DNA from: Octopus sinensis
Taxonomy: Eukaryota
Direction: 5' to 3'
Assembly: GCF_006345805.1 (NCBI RefSeq)
Contig: NW_021829131.1
Location: 1-6,985, forward strand
DNA length: 6,985 bases
Part shown: positions 6,974-6,985 of the stretch, piece after piece
Numbering within the stretch: the first letter of the stretch is position 1
Layout: each line of letters starts with the position of its first letter
Notes under the pieces: model-generated
Database searches by the model: none
The model's input: only the letters and a program-made list of their open reading frames with translations
Told to the model about the DNA's origin: nothing
Position numbers and translations under genes: made by a program

Positions 6974-6985
6974 GTATATATATGC
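6772..6985. repeat. Compound (TA)/(TG)/(TATG) microsatellite region running to the window end
   Basis: Direct runs. Confidence 0.95.

Overview
Eukaryotic (animal) repeat-rich DNA, intergenic or intronic, with no intact protein-coding gene, RNA gene or CRISPR array that I can support. The mix of compound microsatellites and tRNA-derived SINEs resembles Octopus/coleoid cephalopod genomes; this is pattern recognition from memory, not a database result. Supported content: (1) several tRNA-headed SINEs: one with an internal microsatellite (1709-2155, -), a near-identical inverted partial copy of it (1269-1464, +), a head-to-tail dimer (2941-3361, -) and a full-length copy with a perfect 12-bp target-site duplication (3688-4079, -); (2) a decayed, internally deleted R4/Dong-clade non-LTR retrotransposon (RT C-terminus plus restriction-like endonuclease, 4171-5226, +) ending in (AAT)n; (3) a short L1/Tx1-like ORF2 fragment fused to a 3' terminus inside that (AAT)n tract (5271-5504, -); (4) a hammerhead-ribozyme-like motif of the minimal Penelope type (320-358); (5) many microsatellites. 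The supplied ORFs are mostly read-throughs of microsatellites, SINEs or low-complexity DNA. I found no convincing novel biological system; the best leads are the hammerhead-like motif, the ~180-bp inverted repeat, the bipartite Tx1-like element and the AAT-repeat insertion hub.
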